Assembly (NCBI GenBank): GCA_035561095.1
Contig: DATMYE010000022.1
Span: 25,426-89,425, forward strand
Length of the DNA stretch: 64,000 bases
Direction: 5' to 3'
DNA from: Clostridia bacterium
GTDB lineage: Bacteria > Bacillota > Clostridia > Christensenellales > CAG-138
Shown: positions 57,949 to 64,000 of the stretch, piece after piece
Layout: the number at the start of each line of letters is the position of its first letter
How positions within the stretch are numbered: the first letter of the stretch is position 1
Notes under the pieces: model-generated
What the model was told of the DNA's origin: nothing
Databases searched by the model: none
The model's input: the letters and a program-made list of their open reading frames with translations, nothing else
Translations under genes and position numbers: made by a program

Positions 57949-58826
57949 GCTTTTTTACCCCGTTTCGTGAGTGAGAAGAGAAAGTTGATGATTAAGATGA
58001 AGACAAAGAGTACCACCGCGGTGGCGATCAGCGCCTCGCGGTGCAGGTCTGCGGAATAGCCCATCTCCATGACGATGTTGGTTGTGAGCGTGCGAAGGCC
58101 CTTCATGATGCCCTGCGGCATGCGCGGCTGGTTGCCCGCGACCATGATGACCGCCATGGCTTCACCGATCGCGCGGCCGACGCCGAGGATGACCGCCGCG
58201 GTCACACCGCTCTTGGCTGCCGGCAGGATGATCGAGAAGACTGAGCGCTCATGAGTTGCTCCCAGCGCGAGCGCGCCTTCATAATAGGACGACTCCACCG
58301 CGTTGAGCGAGCTTTCGGAAACCGTGATGACGGTCGGGAGGATCATGATGGCGAGTACGATGCTCGCAGCTAACATGCTCCCGCGGCCGCCGAGCAGCGG
58401 CACGATGACCACGAGGCCGAAGAAGCCGTAGACGACGGAGGGGATACCCGCAAGCAGCTGCACGGCAGGCTTCAGCAGGTTGACCATGCGCTTGCTGGCA
58501 AACCGCGAGAGGAAGATTGCCGTCAGAACGCCGATCGGTACGCCGAGCACAAGCGCGCCGGCAGTCACATAGAAGCTGCCCAAGATCATCGGCAGGATGC
58601 CGTAGATGTCGTTGCCGGGCTTCCAGACGGTGCCGAAGAGAAACTTAAATACGCCGATTTCCGCGATGGCGGGCACACCGCTGACCAGCAGGAACACCGT
58701 GATCAGCAAAACCGCAAGTATACTGACGCAGGCAGCGGCGAGAAATAAGATTCTCGCCGCGCCTTCGCGTACTTGGTTATTTCGTCCCGCGGCGGTTTCA
58801 CGCGTTAGGGATTTTTGGTTGTTCAT
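57945..58826 (-). CDS. pstC: phosphate ABC transporter permease PstC
   Basis: Permease with SESSLNAVESSYYEGALALGATHERSVFSIILPAA. ATGA-type overlap with pstA. Confidence 0.9.
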   Translation of the reverse strand: MNNQKSLTRETAAGRNNQVREGAARILFLAAACVSILAVLLITVFLLVSGVPAIAEIGVFKFLFGTVWKPGNDIYGILPMILGSFYVTAGALVLGVPIGVLTAIFLSRFASKRMVNLLKPAVQLLAGIPSVVYGFFGLVVIVPLLGGRGSMLAASIVLAIMILPTVITVSESSLNAVESSYYEGALALGATHERSVFSIILPAAKSGVTAAVILGVGRAIGEAMAVIMVAGNQPRMPQGIMKGLRTLTTNIVMEMGYSADLHREALIATAVVLFVFILIINFLFSLTKRGKKA

Positions 58827-58853
58827 CCAAGTCGCTCCAAGTCTTTTATTTGC

Positions 58854-59789
58854 TTATTTCACATCTGCCCAGTTGAGGACTTCGCCCACGTAGATCTGGC
58901 GAACCTGCTCGGCGGTGAGACCCGCGATCGGGTTGTTCAGGTTGACGATGACCGCGATGCCGTCCGTCGCGATGACGGTGGAGGCGACGCCTTCGGCGGT
59001 TTCGCTGTCTTTCAGAGCGCGGGACGCCATGCCGATATCGGCTGTGCCGTCGATGGCCATCTTGACGCCGGTGCTGGAATCGCTCATCTGGATTTCGATC
59101 TCAGCGTTGGGGTTGACTGCGAGGTAAGCTTCCTTCAGCTTTTCCATGACCGGGGTGACAGAGGAGCTGCCCGCGACCACGACCTTACCAGCAACGGTGC
59201 TACCGGCATAGGCGGGGGCGTTGTCCATCGGGATGTAGTGGTTATCCGCAACAACGGCCTGGCCTTCTGCGCTGAGGATGAAGTCGATGAACGCTTTGGC
59301 GGCCTCGGAGACTTCAGCCTTGGTGACGATGTTGAACGGACGGGAGATCTTGTAGGAACCGTCTTTCACGTTGGCAACGGTTGCATCCGCGCCGTCGATC
59401 TGGAGGGCCTTGACGGTGTCGTTCAGAGAGCCGAGGGAGATGTAGCCGATGGCGGCATCGTTGCCCGAAACGGTCTGGAGGACGACGGAGGTGCTGTTGA
59501 CGATTTCGGCGTCGAGCGTGGTGTTATCCACTTTCTTGCCGTCGGCGTCTTTTACTTCTACGCCGAAGAGTTCAATAAACGCGCCGCGGGTGCCGCTGCC
59601 GTCTTCACGTGAGACGACGACGATGTCGGAGGTCAGGGCGGCAGGAGCTGCGGCTTCCGCAGCGGGCGCTTCGGTTGCAGCGGCAACGGGAGCTTCAGTC
59701 GCCTCGGGCGCGGCGGGCGTGCTGGCGCAGGCAGCAAGGCCGGCAACCATGGTCAGTGCGATCAGCGTCGCAAGCAGTTTCTTCATCAT
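58854..59789 (-). CDS. pstS: phosphate ABC transporter substrate-binding lipoprotein
   Basis: MMKKLLATLIALTMVAGLAACAS lipobox, ...SREDGSGTRGAF...GSSSVTP phosphate-binding motifs. ATG 59789 lies 7 nt after AAGGAGA. Confidence 0.9.
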   Translation of the reverse strand: MMKKLLATLIALTMVAGLAACASTPAAPEATEAPVAAATEAPAAEAAAPAALTSDIVVVSREDGSGTRGAFIELFGVEVKDADGKKVDNTTLDAEIVNSTSVVLQTVSGNDAAIGYISLGSLNDTVKALQIDGADATVANVKDGSYKISRPFNIVTKAEVSEAAKAFIDFILSAEGQAVVADNHYIPMDNAPAYAGSTVAGKVVVAGSSSVTPVMEKLKEAYLAVNPNAEIEIQMSDSSTGVKMAIDGTADIGMASRALKDSETAEGVASTVIATDGIAVIVNLNNPIAGLTAEQVRQIYVGEVLNWADVK

Positions 59790-59851
59790 GAACGTTTCTC
59801 CTTTATTTTTCTTTCTCATGGCCTTAGGATAAACGAGCAATGTTTGATGAA

Positions 59852-59906
59852 AATATCAGACAGGTCAAATGTAAGTAAAATCGAAAAACCGGATTGTCAA
59901 GTCAAA
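59852..59906 (-). promoter_or_regulatory. candidate pst promoter with Pho-box-like TTnAC direct repeats
   Basis: Minus strand reads TTTGAC TTGACA atccggTTTTTCgaTTTTACTTACATTTGACCtgtcTGATATTTT: TT(G/T)AC-like hexamers roughly every 10-11 nt, then TGaTATTTT / GATATT -10 candidates. Confidence 0.3.
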
Positions 59907-59951
59907 ATTTGGAAAGAAAGCACCTCCTTTCGCAGGGTTTTGCCTGTAAAC

Positions 59952-59980
59952 TTGCATTCAGGGGGACTTTTCGTTATAAT
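59952..59980 (+). promoter_or_regulatory. sigma-A-type promoter for queA-tgt
   Basis: TTGCAT (59952-59957), 17-nt spacer, TATAAT (59975-59980). Divergent from the pst promoter region. Confidence 0.55.
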
Positions 59981-60095
59981 ACATCGGTCAGCGTATCCGG
60001 CGGATTGCTTTGGATGCGCAAAAAACAGCAATGACAGCGAACGCAAACGTGCAAAAATTGCACAGATTGCGATTTGATTTGGAAACGAGTGCAGC

Positions 60096-61121
60096 ATGCA
60101 GACTAGCGACTTTGCCTACGATCTACCCAAGGAACTCATCGCGCAGACGCCGATATTGGATCGTGCGTCGTCGCGATTGCTGGTGTACCACCGCGACACT
60201 GGGCTGATCGAGGATCGGGTTTTTTCCGACATCAAGGAATATCTTTCCCCAAAAGATGTATTGGTGCGGAACAACACGCGCGTGCTGCCCGCAAGGCTCT
60301 TTGCGCACCGGAGCGATACCGGCGGCAACATGGAGTTTCTTCTATTAAAGAGAACGGGCGAGAAAACATGGGAGTGCCTCGCGAGACCCGCGAGAAGAGC
60401 GGTTATCGGTCGGGAATATGTGGTCAACGAGGAGCTGGGTATTCGCGTGCTCGGCGACACCGAGGCGGACGGCGGGAAACACATCGAGCTGTTGTTTGAA
60501 GGAATTTTCGAAGAGGTGCTGGATCGGGCGGGGCAGATGCCCTTGCCGCCGTATATCACCGAGCGCCTTACGGACAAAAACCGTTACCAGACGGTCTATG
60601 CCGAGACCAACGGCTCCGCAGCCGCGCCAACCGCGGGACTGCACTTCACCAACGATCTTCTTGGACAGATTCGCGCGCAGGGCACGGATATCGTCGATGT
60701 CCTGCTGCACGTAGGGCTTGGCACCTTCCGCCCTGTTGCGGAACAAAAGATTGAAGACCACGTGATGCACAAGGAGTATTACGAGGTTTCGCCGGAAGCA
60801 GCGCAGAGAATCAATCTTGCGCGGCAGGACGGCGGGCGCATCGTCGCCGTTGGCACCACGAGCTGCCGCACGCTGGAGAGCGTGACCACCGAGGACGGTA
60901 TCGTGCAGCCCGGCAAGGACTGGACGGGCATCTACATCACGCCCGGCTATCGCTTCCGTGCGGTGGACGCGCTGATTACGAACTTCCACCTGCCGGAATC
61001 GACGCTACTCATGCTCGTTTCCGCGCTGACGGGACGGGAAGAAGCGCTCCGCTGCTATGCACACGCGATTCAGGAACGCTACCGCTTCTTCAGCTTCGGA
61101 GACGCAATGTTGATTTTATAA
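60096..61121 (+). CDS. queA: S-adenosylmethionine:tRNA ribosyltransferase-isomerase
   Basis: MQTSDFAYDLPKELIAQTPILDRASSRLLV..., LPPYI and AAPTAGLHFT motifs. Confidence 0.95.
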   Translation: MQTSDFAYDLPKELIAQTPILDRASSRLLVYHRDTGLIEDRVFSDIKEYLSPKDVLVRNNTRVLPARLFAHRSDTGGNMEFLLLKRTGEKTWECLARPARRAVIGREYVVNEELGIRVLGDTEADGGKHIELLFEGIFEEVLDRAGQMPLPPYITERLTDKNRYQTVYAETNGSAAAPTAGLHFTNDLLGQIRAQGTDIVDVLLHVGLGTFRPVAEQKIEDHVMHKEYYEVSPEAAQRINLARQDGGRIVAVGTTSCRTLESVTTEDGIVQPGKDWTGIYITPGYRFRAVDALITNFHLPESTLLMLVSALTGREEALRCYAHAIQERYRFFSFGDAMLIL

Positions 61122-61185
61122 TATCACGTTTGATGATTATTACAATACTACCGACATCGGTCACGATTGATATAGAAAGAGTTGA

Positions 61186-62316
<1,131 letters not shown>

Positions 62317-62372
62317 TTCCACTTCATCTGTGATAGAATAGGAAGCATGAGAATCCAAAGAGGCGCATTCGT

Positions 62373-62819
62373 TTGAAAACCATCGTGTGCACAACCGAAC
62401 AACAAACGGAAGACCTCGGCAGGCGGCTTGTCCGCGCGCTGCCGGTGCCTTCCTTTGTCGCGCTCTACGGCGACCTCGGCGCGGGCAAGACCGCGCTGGT
62501 GCGCGGCATGGGCGCGGAAACGGGCACGAGCGAGGTGCGTTCGCCGACGTTTACGATCGTGCATGAATATGACACCGAGCCCGGGCTGATCCACTTTGAC
62601 GCATACCGTCTTGCGGACGCGGAGGAGCTCTTCGCCATCGGGTTTGAGGAGTATCTCGCGCAGGACGCGGTCGTCGTGCTGGAGTGGGCAGAGCGGGTGC
62701 CGGAGGCGCTGCCGCCGGAACGGCTGGAGATTCGCCTTGTGGGCAGCGGAGACGAACCGCGCGCGCTGGAGCTTCGCGCAATCGGCGCGCGATATGAAAG
62801 CGTGGTGAACGCGCTATGA
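62373..62819 (+). CDS. tsaE: tRNA t6A37 biosynthesis ATPase TsaE
   Basis: TTG start. ALYGDLGAGKTALVRGM Walker A, SPTFTIVHEY, HFDAYRL. Confidence 0.85.
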   Translation: MKTIVCTTEQQTEDLGRRLVRALPVPSFVALYGDLGAGKTALVRGMGAETGTSEVRSPTFTIVHEYDTEPGLIHFDAYRLADAEELFAIGFEEYLAQDAVVVLEWAERVPEALPPERLEIRLVGSGDEPRALELRAIGARYESVVNAL

Positions 62820-63436
62820 TGTTGCTGGCATTGGACACGACGGCAGCGGTCGCAACCGCAGCGCTGTTCCGCGACGGGATACTGATCGCCGAGCAGGAAG
62901 CGGACGCGGGCAAGAAGCATGCGGAAACCGCGCTGCCGCTGATCGAGGCTCTATTGGAAGAAAACGACGTGACGATCGATCAGATCGACGCGTTCGCTGT
63001 GGATATTGGGCCCGGCTCGTTCACGGGCGTGCGCATCGGCGTCAGCCTCATCAACGCGCTGGCGTTCGCCGCGGGGAAGCCTGTCTACGCAATCGACTCG
63101 CTGCTGACTCTCGCGCTCTCTGCGGGAGAAACGGATCAATCCGTCTGCGCGCTGATCGACGCGCGCAACGGCAACGCCTATGCCGCGCTGTATCAGCAGG
63201 GCAAGACGTTGATCGAGCCCTGCGCGGTCGAGATCCAACCCTTTCTAGCGACGTTGCCGAAGGACACCGTGTTTGTCGGTGACGTGCAGACGGATGAGAA
63301 GACACTCCCGCGTGCGCGTTTTGTGGGGCAAGCGGCGCAGCTACCGCAGGCAGTCTCCGTGAGCGAAGCCGAGCCGCTGTATCTGAGACCTTCGCAGGCG
63401 GAGCGGACGAAACAGACGTCCGCAAAGGAGGCGTAA
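62816..63436 (+). CDS. tsaB: tRNA t6A37 biosynthesis protein TsaB
   Basis: MMLLALDTTAAVATAALF...DAFAVDIGPGSFTGVRIGVS. ATGA overlap with tsaE. Confidence 0.85.
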   Translation: MMLLALDTTAAVATAALFRDGILIAEQEADAGKKHAETALPLIEALLEENDVTIDQIDAFAVDIGPGSFTGVRIGVSLINALAFAAGKPVYAIDSLLTLALSAGETDQSVCALIDARNGNAYAALYQQGKTLIEPCAVEIQPFLATLPKDTVFVGDVQTDEKTLPRARFVGQAAQLPQAVSVSEAEPLYLRPSQAERTKQTSAKEA

Positions 63437-63439
63437 CCC

Positions 63440-63916
63440 ATGGCAGAGGAGATCATTCGCCCGATGGAGCGCGCGGACGTGAGCCGCGTGCACGAGATCG
63501 AATGTACGTGCTTTCGCTCGCCGTGGTCAAAGCTCGCGCTGTTGGGCGAGCTGCGAAACGACGTTGCGCATTATCTTGTGATGGAAGTCGACGGCGTTAT
63601 CTGCGGCTACGGCGGCATGTGGGTGCTGTTTGAAGAGGCGCACGTGACCAACGTCGCCATCATGCCGGAGTATCGCGGACAAGGACGCGGAAAGCGGCTC
63701 ATGCTCGCGATGATGCGGCATGCGGTCAAGCGCGGCGCAGAGAAGATGACGCTCGAGGTGCGCGAGAGCAACACGGTTGCGCAAAACCTCTATGCGGGAC
63801 TTGGATTTGAACAGAACGGCTTTCGTCCGGGATACTATTCCGACACAGGCGAGGGCGCGAAGCTTTTATGGAACAACGACATACAACAAACACTGGACAG
63901 GGAGAACAACACATGA
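63440..63916 (+). CDS. rimI: ribosomal-protein-alanine N-acetyltransferase
   Basis: IRPMERADVSRVHEIECTCFRSPWS...VAIMPEYRGQGRGKRLM is a GNAT. Conserved tsaE-tsaB-rimI order. Confidence 0.85.
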   Translation: MAEEIIRPMERADVSRVHEIECTCFRSPWSKLALLGELRNDVAHYLVMEVDGVICGYGGMWVLFEEAHVTNVAIMPEYRGQGRGKRLMLAMMRHAVKRGAEKMTLEVRESNTVAQNLYAGLGFEQNGFRPGYYSDTGEGAKLLWNNDIQQTLDRENNT

Positions 63917-64000
63917 AACCGTATGAACAATGGCAGCAGATGGTAGAGACCGAGCGGCAGCAGGCAGAACACGAGGCCTTCTGGAACGCATACTTTGAAA
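63913..64000 (+). CDS. hypothetical protein, N-terminal 29 codons only (3' end outside window)
   Basis: ATG 63913 forms an ATGA overlap with the rimI stop. Reads MKPYEQWQQMVETERQQAEHEAFWNAYFE... Not the TsaD N-terminus that often follows rimI. Confidence 0.35.
   Translation, partial: MKPYEQWQQMVETERQQAEHEAFWNAYFE

Noticed and set aside
59981-60095. Possible preQ1 riboswitch in the roughly 110-nt queA leader
   Set aside because: I could not find the compact preQ1-I or preQ1-II consensus features (conserved stem plus an A-rich tail pseudoknot adjoining the SD). Only a trivial GTGCA-AAAAT-TGCAC hairpin is present. An Infernal scan would be decisive.

Overview
GC-rich, tightly packed housekeeping block, most consistent with a Clostridia-class Firmicute (taxonomy is inferred from gene order only). 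I support 64 protein-coding regions. Fifty-seven are on the plus strand. The seven-gene pstSCAB-phoU-phoPR phosphate operon (53283-59789) is the only minus-strand block. The plus-strand order is: infB(3' end)-rbfA-nrnA-truB-ribF-rpsO-pnp, M16 peptidase, dimeric dUTPase-like, orphan HlyD-like protein, yggS-sepF-divIVA, ygiQ, yceD-rpmF, plsX-acpP-rnc-smc-ftsY, ylxM-ffh-rpsP-KH-rimM-trmD, EamA transporter, rplS-rbgA-rnhB-yraN, a 1281-aa dual GT-C glycosyltransferase plus GtrA, comM-dprA-topA-trmFO-hslVU, SleB-like lipoprotein, rnj, ylbF-like, mltG, pepP-efp, an acidic zinc-ribbon protein, dgt-dnaG-rpoD and a membrane-anchored GNAT. After the pst block come queA-tgt-tsaE-tsaB-rimI. Many junctions overlap by 1-11 nt, which implies translational coupling. 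I found no rRNA, tRNA, CRISPR array, transposase, integrase, prophage or recognisable defence island. No riboswitch consensus was recognisable by eye. Several sigma-A-type promoters and rho-independent terminators can be read directly. My honest assessment is that this is mostly an ordinary core region. The best candidate for new biology is the envelope glycosylation cassette at 28.3-32.8 kb: two GT-C modules fused with CBM-like and discoidin-like domains, coupled to GtrA, apparently wedged into conserved synteny. Lesser items are an orphan membrane-fusion-like protein in the division locus, a conserved acidic zinc-ribbon gene after efp, a GGGA-repeat leader on rnj, a probable leaderless pepP mRNA, a hairpin-bridged SD for the EamA transporter, and a few short intergenic direct repeats. 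The many long antisense ORFs in the track are GC-content artefacts.
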